Assembly: GCA_011620765.1 (NCBI GenBank)
Contig: WOYO01000082.1
Coordinates: 8,259 to 72,258, forward strand
From: Thermoplasmata archaeon
GTDB lineage: Archaea > Thermoplasmatota > UBA186 > UBA287
Reading direction: 5' to 3'
DNA length: 64,000 nt
Part shown: positions 18,083 through 28,746 of the stretch, one piece after another
Layout of the letters: every line of letters starts with the position of its first letter
Numbering within the stretch: position 1 is the first letter of the stretch
Translations under genes and position numbers: made by a program
The notes under the pieces: generated by a model
Database searches by the model: none
Told to the model about the DNA's origin: nothing
The model's input: the letters and a program-made list of their open reading frames with translations, nothing else

Positions 18083-20793
18083 ACTCCGAGAATCAGGGAT
18101 TCTCCCTCTTTTCTAAACCTATTTTTGAAGCTATAAGAGATAAAGGTTTTTTAACACCAACCCCTGCACAGGAGAAGGCCTTTCCACTGATAATGGAGCA
18201 TAAAAACCTGTTGTTGATAGCACCCACAGGCTACGGAAAAACTGAAGCTGCTTTGCTTCCCATATTTAATGAGCTTTTGATCGAAAAACCACCTGGCATA
18301 AGTGTTCTTTACATAACACCATTGCGTGCTTTAAACAGAGATCTGCTTGAGCGCATGGAGAGCTGGTGCAGGAGACTTGATATATCCCTTGCAGTCAGAC
18401 ATGGAGATACTGATACAAAGGAGCGCAGCAAACAGGCAAGCGTTCCGCCGCAGATGCTGATAACAACCCCGGAGACACTACAGGCAATAATCGTTGGCAG
18501 AGTTATGAAAAATAATCTGAAAAATGTGCGATGGGTTATCATTGATGAGGTCCATGAGCTTGTAGATAATAAAAGGGGAGCACAGCTGGCTGTTGCTCTT
18601 GAAAGGCTCAGGAGAATAGCAAAGTTTCAAACAATTGGGCTTAGTGCTACGATAGGAAGCGCTGAGACCGCGGCAAGATTTCTTGTAGGGCAGAAAAGAG
18701 AATGTGAGATAGTTACTATATCAATAGCTAAAGAAACAGATCTTGAGGTCCTTTATCCTGAGAAGAACGAAGAAGATGAAGCTCTTGCAAACGCGCTGTA
18801 CACTTACGCTCCGGTGGCTGCAAGACTCAGAGCAATAAAAAACATAATAGATAAACATAGTTCTGTTATAATATTCACAAACACCCGCTCAATAGCCGAG
18901 ACCCTTGCTAGCAGGTTTAAGGTCTGGGGCATAGAAGGCATAGGCGTGCATCACGGCTCATTATCAAAACCCACAAGACTTGTGATGGAGAGGGATTTCA
19001 AGGAGGGGAGGATAAAGGGAATAATAAGCACTTCATCTCTAGAGCTGGGTATAGACGTTGGAAAAGTGGATGCAATTGTGCAGTATGGCAGCCCGAGAGA
19101 GGTAACCAGAACGCTTCAGCGCGTGGGGCGAAGCGGACACAGAATAGGAAGGAGGGCAAAGGGATACATCATAGTGGAGAATGAGGACGATTACTTTGAA
19201 TCAATAGTTATAGCTAGAAGGGCTCTGGCGGAAGAGCTGGAAGATATAAGGGTGCCGGATAAGCCTTATGACGTTCTCATGCACCAGATAGCAGGACTGC
19301 TGCTCGAAAAAACGAGATGGAGATTTGATGATGCTTTAGCTATTATAAAAAATTCTGAGCCATTTAAAGACTTAAGCGAAGAGGATCTGGTTAAGGTCCT
19401 TGATTACATGCAATCGATATATCCCAGGCTTGTATGGTTCTCTAAAGAAGAAAGAGTATTCGCAAGAGCCAGGGTGAGAGAGAGGCTCTACAACTACTAC
19501 TTCAGAAACCTCTCTATGATTCCGGAAGAAAAGCATTACACAGTTATAAATGGGAAGGACGTTGTTGGCTTCCTGGACGAGTCTTTTGTTCTGGAGTATG
19601 GAGAGGTAGGAATGAAGTTCATCGAAGGGGGGATTCCATGGGAGATAGAGGGGATAACAAAGAATAGAGTTTATGTAAAACCTTCTGATGCCTTTGGTGC
19701 GATACCATCATGGGAAGGTGAGGAGATACCTGTGCCATTCGAGATAGCACAGGAGGTTGGGGAGATAAGGGCAAACATAGCTGGAGCAAGATCTCTTTAT
19801 CCCTTTGATGAGGAATCCATGAATAGGGCTTTGAGGGTTCTCACAGAGCATGCAGCTCACTACCCTATGCCAACAGATAAGAGGGTTGTTGTTGAGCGCT
19901 GGAATGAGTTCGTCATAGTCCACGCATGCTTTGGCACAAAACAGAACAGGGCTCTAAGCGTTATGCTGGGGGAGCTTCTGGGCGGAGGAGAGTCTATCGC
20001 TATAAGCACAGATCCTTATAGGGTTATATTGCGCACAGATGCTTCCGATGCAGAAATAGAGAAGGCTTTTCGCTCTCTTGACAATGCGCTGCTAGAGAAG
20101 GCTGTGGTCAGGACGGGTCTGTTTAGAAGGAATTTCATAAATACACTGCGCAAGTGTGGTGGTTTGGAGAGAGATGCTGATCTGAGCAGGATGGGGAGCG
20201 AAAGGATAATGAAGAGCTTTGAAGGCACTGCGGTGTGGGATGAAGCTCTGAAGACCACACTTTTCAAAGATTTTGAACCTTTGAGGGTTAAGCCCGAGCT
20301 GGAGTTCACAGAGGGCTTAACACCCCTTGGCAGGATAGCGATAGAGGATCTCTCAAGGGAGCTGGATGTGCTGAAGCCTGAGCGCATGGAGAAGCTCATA
20401 AATGAGTACACAAAAGCGAGGCTTCTTGATGAAGCTTTTACTTTTATATGCTGTGATTGCTGGAGCTATATCGAAACTGTAAAGATCAAAGATTTTGAAA
20501 AGCGCGTCTGTCCCGAGTGTGGATCCGAGCGTATTGGCTTTTTAAAAGAGAGCGAAGATGATGTTGAGAGAGCTCTCTTCATGAGAAGAGGGGAGGAGAC
20601 AAAGAAGGAAGCTGAGGAAAATCAAAAGCTTCTGGAGCAATATGGCTTTCCGCTCCTGCTTGCGATGGCTGCGAGGATAAAAAAAGAGGATGCTTTGAAA
20701 CTCGTTGTGAGATCTAAGGGAGATGAAACAGTACTCATACCCATGATAATAAAAGAGGAGCGCAGAGAGCTGCGCAAGAGATACACGCGCTGA
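18079..20793 (+). CDS. lhr: Lhr-family SF2 helicase with C-terminal Cys motif
   Basis: APTGYGKT, IDEVHE, LSAT, HHGSLS, SSLELGID, QRVGRSGH, PSWEGE, CCDC...CPEC. Confidence 0.93.
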   Translation: MNSENQGFSLFSKPIFEAIRDKGFLTPTPAQEKAFPLIMEHKNLLLIAPTGYGKTEAALLPIFNELLIEKPPGISVLYITPLRALNRDLLERMESWCRRLDISLAVRHGDTDTKERSKQASVPPQMLITTPETLQAIIVGRVMKNNLKNVRWVIIDEVHELVDNKRGAQLAVALERLRRIAKFQTIGLSATIGSAETAARFLVGQKRECEIVTISIAKETDLEVLYPEKNEEDEALANALYTYAPVAARLRAIKNIIDKHSSVIIFTNTRSIAETLASRFKVWGIEGIGVHHGSLSKPTRLVMERDFKEGRIKGIISTSSLELGIDVGKVDAIVQYGSPREVTRTLQRVGRSGHRIGRRAKGYIIVENEDDYFESIVIARRALAEELEDIRVPDKPYDVLMHQIAGLLLEKTRWRFDDALAIIKNSEPFKDLSEEDLVKVLDYMQSIYPRLVWFSKEERVFARARVRERLYNYYFRNLSMIPEEKHYTVINGKDVVGFLDESFVLEYGEVGMKFIEGGIPWEIEGITKNRVYVKPSDAFGAIPSWEGEEIPVPFEIAQEVGEIRANIAGARSLYPFDEESMNRALRVLTEHAAHYPMPTDKRVVVERWNEFVIVHACFGTKQNRALSVMLGELLGGGESIAISTDPYRVILRTDASDAEIEKAFRSLDNALLEKAVVRTGLFRRNFINTLRKCGGLERDADLSRMGSERIMKSFEGTAVWDEALKTTLFKDFEPLRVKPELEFTEGLTPLGRIAIEDLSRELDVLKPERMEKLINEYTKARLLDEAFTFICCDCWSYIETVKIKDFEKRVCPECGSERIGFLKESEDDVERALFMRRGEETKKEAEENQKLLEQYGFPLLLAMAARIKKEDALKLVVRSKGDETVLIPMIIKEERRELRKRYTR

Positions 20794-20833
20794 TTGAAGA
20801 TAAGTGTTAATATAAGAAGCCCTATTCCGATAT

Positions 20834-21880
20834 ATGAGAATTGAAAAACTTGGTCTGGACGAGGGCGAGTGCGCTCTTGTTGCACCTGGAAGCAACTTTT
20901 TTTACCTGACAGGCATGGATTTTGTCGGGGTTCATGAAAGGCTCTTTCTACTCTTGGTTACAAAAAATGATAAACCGGCGATAGTTGCTCCAGAGCTGTA
21001 TGAAAACGAGCTCGATAAATGGAAAGGAGAGCTCTATCTATGGCAGGATGGAGAGGATCCTTTTGATGTTGTTAAAGATCTGTTGAAGGAAAGAAGGACA
21101 AAAAAGCTGCTAGTTGAAGAAAGCGCTCCGGCGGGCATCATTCTGCCTTTTATGGATGTATACGACATTGAGCCCTTGAGCAGGAGAATAAAGGATATCC
21201 GAGAACGAAAGGATGCAGAAGAAATAGAAAAGATAAAGAAAGCCTGTTCTATCGTTGATATGGTGTTTGAGGAGCTGCTCGACACAGAATTTGAAGGAAA
21301 AAAGGAGAGCGACATCGCTAAGCGCATAGATGAAAGGATCTTTGAGCTGGGTGGTAAACCGTCTTTTGAGACAATTGTAGCCTCCGGCGCTAATGGTGCA
21401 GAGCCCCATCACACGATCAGTGGAAAGATCATTGAGAGAGGCAACTTTGTGGTTATGGACTATGGAGCAAAGGTGGATGGATATTGCTCTGACATAACGC
21501 GCACAGTAGCGGTTGGGGAAAAGAAAGATAAAGAGATATATGACACAGTCCAGGAGGCACAGCAGAAGGCTTTTGAATCTGTACGCAAAGGCATAACAGC
21601 AGAGAGCATAGACAGGACTGCCAGAGAAGTGATAGCAAAAAAGGGATATGGTGAGAACTTTACCCATCGCACCGGCCATGGTCTGGGTATAGATGTGCAT
21701 GAGGATCCTTACATAACCGCAGGCAACAAAGAGGCTTTAGATGAAGGCATGGTCTTCACCATAGAGCCCGGTATTTACATAAAAGGATCTCTGGGCATAA
21801 GGATAGAGGATGATGTTGCTATAATCGATGGGAAGGGTAAAAGGCTGACGGGCGCTGAAAGGAATCTTCTGGTTGTATGA
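20834..21880 (+). CDS. pepQ: Xaa-Pro aminopeptidase/prolidase (M24B)
   Basis: DYGAKVDGYCSDITRT, HRTGHGLGIDVHE, EPGIY, RIEDD. Confidence 0.92.
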   Translation: MRIEKLGLDEGECALVAPGSNFFYLTGMDFVGVHERLFLLLVTKNDKPAIVAPELYENELDKWKGELYLWQDGEDPFDVVKDLLKERRTKKLLVEESAPAGIILPFMDVYDIEPLSRRIKDIRERKDAEEIEKIKKACSIVDMVFEELLDTEFEGKKESDIAKRIDERIFELGGKPSFETIVASGANGAEPHHTISGKIIERGNFVVMDYGAKVDGYCSDITRTVAVGEKKDKEIYDTVQEAQQKAFESVRKGITAESIDRTAREVIAKKGYGENFTHRTGHGLGIDVHEDPYITAGNKEALDEGMVFTIEPGIYIKGSLGIRIEDDVAIIDGKGKRLTGAERNLLVV

Positions 21881-22139
21881 TCTATGTATAAGGTTTTCAC
21901 ATCAACACACCAAGGCTCTATTGCACTGCTCCCTTTAAAAAAGGCAATTCTACCTATGTCCACAGACAAAAAGGAGAGCTACAAAGGTTATTCAATGGCC
22001 AGATCAGGATAGCAGCAGAAACTACTGCCAACCAATTCTGAGCTTGAGATCTCTTGATCTCAATAAAAAACTGAAGGGAAAACGATGAACAGGTGTGTTC
22101 CTCCTTCAAAGCGTTATCACAAAACACAGATGCTTATCG

Positions 22140-23381
22140 CTATCCGTAGGCTCTCATATCCTCGCTCTTCATGATCTCTCTTAGCAGGGATGTAGCATAT
22201 GTGCCTTTTGGGAGATAAAAAGAGAAAGAGACAGTGCTGTCATCCTCTACATTATAGCTTATTTTTGTCCTTATCTGCAGAACCCTTCTGAGCCCTTTGG
22301 CGCTCAACTCCGGCATCCTGTATATCCAGAACCTTTCCATATTTATGTTGTTTAATACTTTACTTTCTATATCCCCCTCAATCCCTCGAGGTAGCACACT
22401 GTCATATCCTGGTATAGCTCCAGTCGGAGAACACCTCCCCTTTCTGAAATTTCTCTCCACTTTCTGCATATTTCTCTCTGTGACCGGTATATCCTCATCC
22501 TCAGGGTTAAGGCTCTCATCTATGGGTTTTATCACATCATACATTAAAACACGGTTTATTAGCTTCCTTCTTATCCTCTCGGATAGTATGCGGTTGAATA
22601 AATAGGATTGATATGCGTAAACAAACATTGTGCGCAGGTTTATCGGCAGAGTTTTTATTGCATTGACATAATCCTCCTTTTTTGCCAGAGCGCTTAGCAA
22701 TATTCTCTCAAATTCCAGATTCCATGGAAAGATTTCAAGAGCTTCCTTAAACCTTTTTTCCATGGCAAGCTTCTTTGCCAATGCTAGCCTTTCACTATCA
22801 TATTCACCCGGTTCACATATGTATGTGAGCACAGCGCCCTCAAAATCGCCCTCAACTATCCTCTCTCCTATCCTGTGAGTGTTCGGCCTTGAAATACCAA
22901 AGCGCTGAATCCCAAAGAAGTTTGGAAAACCCCCTTTCTCTTCTATCTCTTTTATTATCAAGGGAACTTTATCAGGATTGCAGTGTCTAACCCTCACGAA
23001 GAACTCATTTCCATGCAGATCTCCGAGGTAAAGCTTCCTATCCGTGCTGTAGAGATATCTCAGCTCCACACCCTCTATTTGCAGTCTCTCAACGTCCTCT
23101 CTCTTCGCCTTTATAACAATCAGCTGTTCGCTTATAGCCCTCTTATCCTTTGTGCCGGCGATATGTATTCCATTCCTATCTATCCTGAGCTTTCTTGTTA
23201 TAAGGGAGAGCAGAGCATTTGTCTCCCAGTTTCTTGCTTTCATCCAGAAAACACAGTAAGCATTACCTGGTGGGAGAGAGATAGGGACTTCTTTTACAAC
23301 AAAATCTTCGGGCTCCTCTTTTATAACCCCACCTATGCCCTCAGTTTCTGTAAGGTATGTTTCAATTCCGAGATCAATCAA
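22140..23381 (-). CDS. truD: tRNA pseudouridine(13) synthase
   Basis: PEDFVVKE, AGTKDKRA, NFFGIQRFG, LPKGTYAT. Confidence 0.95.
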   Translation of the reverse strand: MIDLGIETYLTETEGIGGVIKEEPEDFVVKEVPISLPPGNAYCVFWMKARNWETNALLSLITRKLRIDRNGIHIAGTKDKRAISEQLIVIKAKREDVERLQIEGVELRYLYSTDRKLYLGDLHGNEFFVRVRHCNPDKVPLIIKEIEEKGGFPNFFGIQRFGISRPNTHRIGERIVEGDFEGAVLTYICEPGEYDSERLALAKKLAMEKRFKEALEIFPWNLEFERILLSALAKKEDYVNAIKTLPINLRTMFVYAYQSYLFNRILSERIRRKLINRVLMYDVIKPIDESLNPEDEDIPVTERNMQKVERNFRKGRCSPTGAIPGYDSVLPRGIEGDIESKVLNNINMERFWIYRMPELSAKGLRRVLQIRTKISYNVEDDSTVSFSFYLPKGTYATSLLREIMKSEDMRAYG

Positions 23382-23637
23382 GCTCTTCCCTTAACTCTTT
23401 CAGCCTTCCTCTCAGCTCTTTTATTGCATCATCTACAGCCGATTCGGCGCTACCTTTTTTCGTTCTTACAAGAATCTTTACTGTATCTTTCAGAGGGTGC
23501 TCTTTTATTTTGCCAGCGTACTCAACATCTTCATTTCTCACCAGCGCTTCTATCAATGGGTTGATAAAGTTCTCATCATCCATCTCGATCACAAGTTCTC
23601 TTTCATCGCTTTTCACTTTTGTCTTTATCACTTTCAC
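23374..23637 (-). CDS. rpoL: RNA polymerase subunit L (Rpo11)
   Basis: VEYAG..EHPL motif; GTG 23637 overlaps csl4 stop; conserved csl4-rpoL synteny. Confidence 0.85.
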   Translation of the reverse strand: MKVIKTKVKSDERELVIEMDDENFINPLIEALVRNEDVEYAGKIKEHPLKDTVKILVRTKKGSAESAVDDAIKELRGRLKELREELD

Positions 23638-24206
23638 TCTACCTCCTTTATTCCTATAGGTTTGCAATAGTCCTCTGAGATCTTTATTCTGCTCTCAAAG
23701 GTTTTGCATCTGAAGCACTGCAGCCTTGAGCCGACAACCCGCATTGTGCTCTTGCATCTCCTGCAGAAAGCCTTCACAACACCGAGATTGTCTCCCTTCA
23801 TCGTTAACTGCAAGGATGGTTTTACCTGCAAAACCTTTGCCTTTATGACATCGCCTATGCGAAAAGCATCGCTTATGTCCTTTACGTAGGAATCACTTAT
23901 CTGTGAAACGAAAAGCGTTGCATTCTTTAAGGCAGATATAGATTTCTTCTCCTCTCCCTCTTTTGCTATTATCTCTACAATAGCCATATTGCTCCTCACA
24001 TCACTTATTCTACCAAAAACTATGTCTCCAGGGTGCAATATCACTGGTTCACCTTTAAGAGGCTTTACCTCAAGAAGTTTGTTGTTGTTGTCTATGGACA
24101 CCTCCCCAAAAACACTGGCTTTTATTCTTCCATCCTTTTCATAACACCCTTTTCCACACAGATATTCCTCAGAATATCCGATCTCATCTCCAGGAAATAC
24201 CATCAT
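23634..24206 (-). CDS. csl4: Exosome RNA-binding subunit Csl4
   Basis: VFPGDEIG.SEEY, S1 domain, C-terminal CRRC...CFRC Zn ribbon. Confidence 0.92.
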   Translation of the reverse strand: MMVFPGDEIGYSEEYLCGKGCYEKDGRIKASVFGEVSIDNNNKLLEVKPLKGEPVILHPGDIVFGRISDVRSNMAIVEIIAKEGEEKKSISALKNATLFVSQISDSYVKDISDAFRIGDVIKAKVLQVKPSLQLTMKGDNLGVVKAFCRRCKSTMRVVGSRLQCFRCKTFESRIKISEDYCKPIGIKEVE

Positions 24207-24805
24207 GCTATCACCTTTATGAGTGAAACTTCATATTCCCTTTTATCTTTTGTGTGAAAATCGAACCTGTGTTTTATTTCAAAGGAGTATCCACCAATTT
24301 TCTGCGTCTCTTTGCTCTTATCTTTATAATATCTCTCCACAAAGTTTCCATCAAGACACAGGTGGTATATTATGTTTGCTATTTCTATTGCTTTGTCCAT
24401 GAACTTTCTGTCTGCATGCTTTCTCTGCGCCCCGAAAGGAGGGTTCATTATCACCGTATCACACCTCTCTGAAAAATCGGATATATCTGAGCATACAAAC
24501 CTTACGTTTATTCCATTTTCAGCGCAGAAATTTTCGGCTCTCTCTACAGCCTTTTCATCAATATCAACTCCTACGGCATCTGCACCTAAGAGTGCACTAC
24601 CGATAGCGAATATCCCCGTACCACACCCCAGGTCTACCACCTTTTTGCCATCTATGTTCTCTATGGCTTTAAACAGGATATCTGCTGCTATGGAAGCCGG
24701 GGTAAGATACTGCTCAAGCTCTGGTTTTGGATCAGGAAAGTCATACACCCTTTGCAGGATCATTTCCAGCTCTTTTTTCTTTATCTTCCTATCACATCTG
24801 TTCAT
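24203..24805 (-). CDS. METTL5-like SAM-dependent RNA methyltransferase
   Basis: LEQYLTP, DLGCGTG, NPPFG. Confidence 0.9.
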   Translation of the reverse strand: MNRCDRKIKKKELEMILQRVYDFPDPKPELEQYLTPASIAADILFKAIENIDGKKVVDLGCGTGIFAIGSALLGADAVGVDIDEKAVERAENFCAENGINVRFVCSDISDFSERCDTVIMNPPFGAQRKHADRKFMDKAIEIANIIYHLCLDGNFVERYYKDKSKETQKIGGYSFEIKHRFDFHTKDKREYEVSLIKVIA

Positions 24806-25676
24806 CTCTCATTTTCCTTTCAATATCGACAAGATCTGTGTAATTGACAATTGGTTTTTCAAATTCATCATCGAGCGCTATTCTCGGGCAGGCTGTGTTT
24901 ACATAAGCCTCCACATTATAACCTGTGAGGCTACTTTCCTCTATCCTGTCCATAACAAATATCTCAGCCTTTTTTCCTTTATTTTCCAGCATTTTTTTCA
25001 TCTCTATTGCTTCTTTCATCCTCTGCTGTCCCCTCTTTGTGCTGACCAGTATCCCTATTCTCTCTGCGCTCAAAACCCCTAAAAGATTGCCCCTCCTTTT
25101 TCTATCAAGCGCTTTTCCTTCCGCACTCATCTCCTTTAGCTCTGCTGTTAAAGGATCAAAGGCAAGAACACTGCTTTTTAGGGCTATGCCGAGCGGATGA
25201 AAACTGCCATCACCAATGTATAGCACCATACCCTCTATTGAAGGAAAACTGCATCCGAGAACGCATTGCATGCTCGAGGTTTTTTTCCCTGTGGATTCAA
25301 GGGCTGAAGCGATCTTATGCGCTACTCTCTCAAAGTTTATTGAGAAGCATATTGAAAATGCGTTATCACCTATGGCTTCGGAAATCCTTTCTATATCCTT
25401 GTCCTTTACATAGATATCATAATAGTAAGGATAGAACAGAACTGGAATACAATGCTCAAGCCCAAAATCTCTGTGCCCTAAATGGATCAACACCTCTGCA
25501 CCAAGCTCTTTTGCCTCTCTATCCTTTATATCACATGCGCCATAGCATGGATCGGTGAAGATAAAGGCATCTCCAAGCTTTCCAGCCAGTTCCTCTGCGA
25601 GTCGCTTAAGGCCATCTGGTGCCTGGATCGCTATCTTTCTGTATTTTTCAACCTCTTTTAAAATATCGTCTATCAT
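24792..25676 (-). CDS. dph2: Diphthamide biosynthesis enzyme Dph2
   Basis: QAPDGL, PCYGACD, VLGC, GSFH, TACPRI; start at MIDDILKE (25676). Confidence 0.92.
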   Translation of the reverse strand: MIDDILKEVEKYRKIAIQAPDGLKRLAEELAGKLGDAFIFTDPCYGACDIKDREAKELGAEVLIHLGHRDFGLEHCIPVLFYPYYYDIYVKDKDIERISEAIGDNAFSICFSINFERVAHKIASALESTGKKTSSMQCVLGCSFPSIEGMVLYIGDGSFHPLGIALKSSVLAFDPLTAELKEMSAEGKALDRKRRGNLLGVLSAERIGILVSTKRGQQRMKEAIEMKKMLENKGKKAEIFVMDRIEESSLTGYNVEAYVNTACPRIALDDEFEKPIVNYTDLVDIERKMRDEQM

Positions 25677-25969
25677 ATCACCGGGAAGAACAAAGCCACA
25701 AGAACAAAAATTCCTGCTATAGCGCCCCCTATCACAAGGCCTATAAGCATCAACAGAAAAGCCATCACAGAGTTCCAGAAATCTTCTCTGGCAAAATAGC
25801 TTTTGAAGAAAAGCACCAGAGCTACAACCCCCAGAACGAGCAGCACCGCTCCCCACAACCTTGAGATGCCTATAAATATTAGCGCCACACCAGCAATGAG
25901 GGAGACTATTATCAGTCCTGCAAGCATGAATGACTTTATTGCATCATTGTTTTCCATAGAAACATTCAT
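25673..25969 (-). CDS. Small membrane protein (3-4 TM)
   Basis: Hydrophobic 98-aa ORF, stop overlaps dph2 start. Confidence 0.65.
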   Translation of the reverse strand: MNVSMENNDAIKSFMLAGLIIVSLIAGVALIFIGISRLWGAVLLVLGVVALVLFFKSYFAREDFWNSVMAFLLMLIGLVIGGAIAGIFVLVALFFPVI

Positions 25970-26200
25970 AAAAATAAGGGCCTTGAGAATATTTCAACTT
26001 TCCTATAAAAATGTAGCGATGAAGACTAAAAGATCGTTAGACCCATACACAGACACAGGCAGCGCTATTAGAAGAGGGAAAGTCCCACAATGGTTGAGAG
26101 CACGAGAGTGAGGCACATTTAGAGGATAGAAAAGAAAAATTGCTAAAGCGTTGTGCTTCCAGTCTACTATCTTACATAACCTCCTATATGATCCGTCTAC

Positions 26201-27181
26201 TCAATCTATCCTTACAACAGCAGATCCATTTATCCTGCTCTCCTTTAAGAGCATGAGCGCTCTGTTCAACTCATCCAGCGAAAATAGCTCTATCTCTGTT
26301 TTTATTCCCTCTGCTAGCTCAAAGAACTCTTCTGCATCATTTCTTGTTACGTTAGCAACGCTAGTTATCTTCCTCTCCCCATATATGAGATCATATTCTA
26401 TTGGGGGTATGGGGCTCATGTGCACAGCATTTATCGCCACAGTTGCTCCCTTCTCAAGGAATCGTAAAGCCTCTTTCACAACTTTGCCTGAAGGCGCAAA
26501 GACTATTGCGCCATCCATCTTTTCTTTTATGTTATCCTCTGTGCCACCAGCCCATGTAGCGCCCAGCTTTCTTGCAAGCTCTCTGTGCTCTTCACTTCTA
26601 GTGAACACATATGTTTCCATATTTTTTGCGAGCTGAATAACTATGTGCGCAGAGCTACCAAATCCAAAAATGCCAAGGCGCTTTTTCGCTCCACTCAGTT
26701 TCAGCGATCTGTAGCCGATTATGCCAGCGCATAAAAGCGGGGTAGCATGCTCGTCTGAAAAGCTCTCCGGTATAGGCACCAGAAAATCTTCATCAGCGAG
26801 CATGTATTCTTCATAGCCTCCATCAACAGTATAGCCTGTGAACTCAGCATTATCGCAAAGATTCTCAAGGCCGTTCTTGCAGAAAGTGCAGGTTTTGCAC
26901 GTGCCTGCAAGCCAGAAACCTCCAACCCTTTCACCGCATGAAAACCTCTTAGCATTCTCCCCTAGAGCATCTATGTGCCCTACAACCTGGTGCCCCAGAA
27001 CCAGGGGCATTTTCTTTGCAGGCAGATCCCCCTCAGCTATATGCAAATCTGTTCTGCATACACCGCATGTCTTTACCCTTATCCTGACCTTTTTACCATG
27101 AGGTTCGGGCTTTTCCAGATCCTCGAGCATCAGTGGCTCTTCCTCTATCTTTTTTTGCTCTTCAAGCACCATTGCTTTCAT
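26201..27181 (-). CDS. Zinc-dependent alcohol dehydrogenase (MDR family)
   Basis: CGVCRTDLH, GHQVVG, CxxCxxC-x7-C, PLLCAG, GFGSSA. Confidence 0.93.
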   Translation of the reverse strand: MKAMVLEEQKKIEEEPLMLEDLEKPEPHGKKVRIRVKTCGVCRTDLHIAEGDLPAKKMPLVLGHQVVGHIDALGENAKRFSCGERVGGFWLAGTCKTCTFCKNGLENLCDNAEFTGYTVDGGYEEYMLADEDFLVPIPESFSDEHATPLLCAGIIGYRSLKLSGAKKRLGIFGFGSSAHIVIQLAKNMETYVFTRSEEHRELARKLGATWAGGTEDNIKEKMDGAIVFAPSGKVVKEALRFLEKGATVAINAVHMSPIPPIEYDLIYGERKITSVANVTRNDAEEFFELAEGIKTEIELFSLDELNRALMLLKESRINGSAVVRID

Positions 27182-27536
27182 TTCTATCCGATATTAACAT
27201 TTATACCAGAATATAAAGGTTTCAGGCGTTTCTTCGATAATTCATAGAGCACAGCAGAACAAATTACCAGACCAACAGATTGGAGCTAAAGAGGTTTTTC
27301 ACGGTAAGCTCAATGCACTTTCCATCAGAATTATGAATTAGGATGGACTCAAGATAACAAAAGAGTTCCTGTCCAGAAGAGCCTTTTTTATCCTTTTTTA
27401 ATTCTATTGTGGGTTCTTTTATCATTTTTTCTTCCGAACTTTCTTCAGTCAGGTTTAACAGGATCTCAAATATTTTTTTGACATCCTAGTCCTGGTTTAG
27501 AAAAGTGAATAAAGGTGCAATAGCCTTTATTATTGT

Positions 27537-28502
27537 ATGGATTATGCAAAGGCCGGGGTAGATATAGAAGCGAGGGATAGTGCATTGAAGGGGCTTATGG
27601 ATGAGCTGAAAAAGACCCTTGGTAACAGAAAGGTTATGCTGGACATAGGGCAGTATGCAAATCTCATAGATTTTGGAAGCAAAGCGCTTGCTTTATGCAC
27701 AGATGGTGTAGGCACAAAGGTTCTTGTTGCCAGACAGCTCAGAAACTACAGTACAATAGGTATAGACTGCGTGGCGATGAACGTGAATGATGTAATATGC
27801 GTTGGTGCAGAGCCCATAGCCATGGTTGACTACATAACTATGGATAAGCCCGATCTTAGAATATTGAGAGAGATCGGTGCAGGTTTAAGAGCCGGCGCTG
27901 ATGAAGCAGGTATAGCGATAATTGGTGGAGAAACAGCCATAATGCCCGAGGTCGTCAACGGTATAGATCTTGCCGGCACCTGTCTGGGCATAGTAGAAAA
28001 AGATAAAATAGTGGATGGCTCAGCTATAGAAGAGGGTGATGTGCTCATAGGTCTGGAGAGCAATGGGATACATTCCAATGGCCTTACTCTGGCAAGGAAG
28101 GTTCTCGGGATAAGCGGAGAGGCGAAGGAGCTGCTTAAACCCACAAGAATATATGTAAAGCCTGTTCTTGGGTTGATGAATAACATTCATGTGAAAGGCC
28201 TGGCGCACATAACCGGCGGTGGCATACGCAACCTTAAGAGGCTCAAAAGGGGCATAGGCTTCGATATAGACATGGATCGCTGGCCCGAAATACCAAGGAT
28301 TTTCATAAAGATTATGGATGCAGGGGTTTCAAAGGCAGAGATGTTTAAGACATTCAACATGGGAATAGGCTTCTGCGCCGTTGTAGCACAGGAAGACGCA
28401 GAAGCTACGCTGAGGATATTGAAGGATCTCAAGCCAGCAATACTGGGCAAAGCAGTAAAGAGCGCTGAAAACACAATAAAGCTTGGCGATCTTCTGCTTT
28501 AA
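27537..28502 (+). CDS. purM: Phosphoribosylformylglycinamidine cyclo-ligase (AIR synthetase)
   Basis: [40 protein letters not shown]. Confidence 0.95.
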   Translation: MDYAKAGVDIEARDSALKGLMDELKKTLGNRKVMLDIGQYANLIDFGSKALALCTDGVGTKVLVARQLRNYSTIGIDCVAMNVNDVICVGAEPIAMVDYITMDKPDLRILREIGAGLRAGADEAGIAIIGGETAIMPEVVNGIDLAGTCLGIVEKDKIVDGSAIEEGDVLIGLESNGIHSNGLTLARKVLGISGEAKELLKPTRIYVKPVLGLMNNIHVKGLAHITGGGIRNLKRLKRGIGFDIDMDRWPEIPRIFIKIMDAGVSKAEMFKTFNMGIGFCAVVAQEDAEATLRILKDLKPAILGKAVKSAENTIKLGDLLL

Positions 28503-28651
28503 TCTCCTTTATCTATGTACTTTTCGGGATCGCTATCAAATTCAGCCTTGCATCCCGGAGCACAGAAATAGTACTTTTTTCCTCTGTATTCGCTCGTATA
28601 TCTTGCCTCTTCCTCATCTATCTCCATTCCGCACACAGGATCTATTGCCAT
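28499..28651 (-). CDS. YHS/TRASH domain metal-binding protein (50 aa, not in ORF track)
   Basis: Manual translation [50 protein letters not shown]. Confidence 0.88.
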   Translation of the reverse strand: MAIDPVCGMEIDEEEARYTSEYRGKKYYFCAPGCKAEFDSDPEKYIDKGD

Positions 28652-28746
28652 ACAATTTATTATAAACTAGCGAACATATATATTTTGTCTCTTCATATTT
28701 ACTCATAGAAGAAATTTTTATATAAAAGAAAGTAGATAAAGTCTGG

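Noticed and set aside
25677-25856. Long N-terminal extensions of Dph2 (also EndA 46970-47095, RpoL, Upp, FtcD)
   Set aside because: They overlap upstream genes or promoters and lack family similarity; downstream starts fit better
26074-26086. GAGGGAAAGTCCC resembling the RNase P RNA P4 5' motif
   Set aside because: Gap is short and AT-rich, with no matching 3' P4 motif or GC-rich helices
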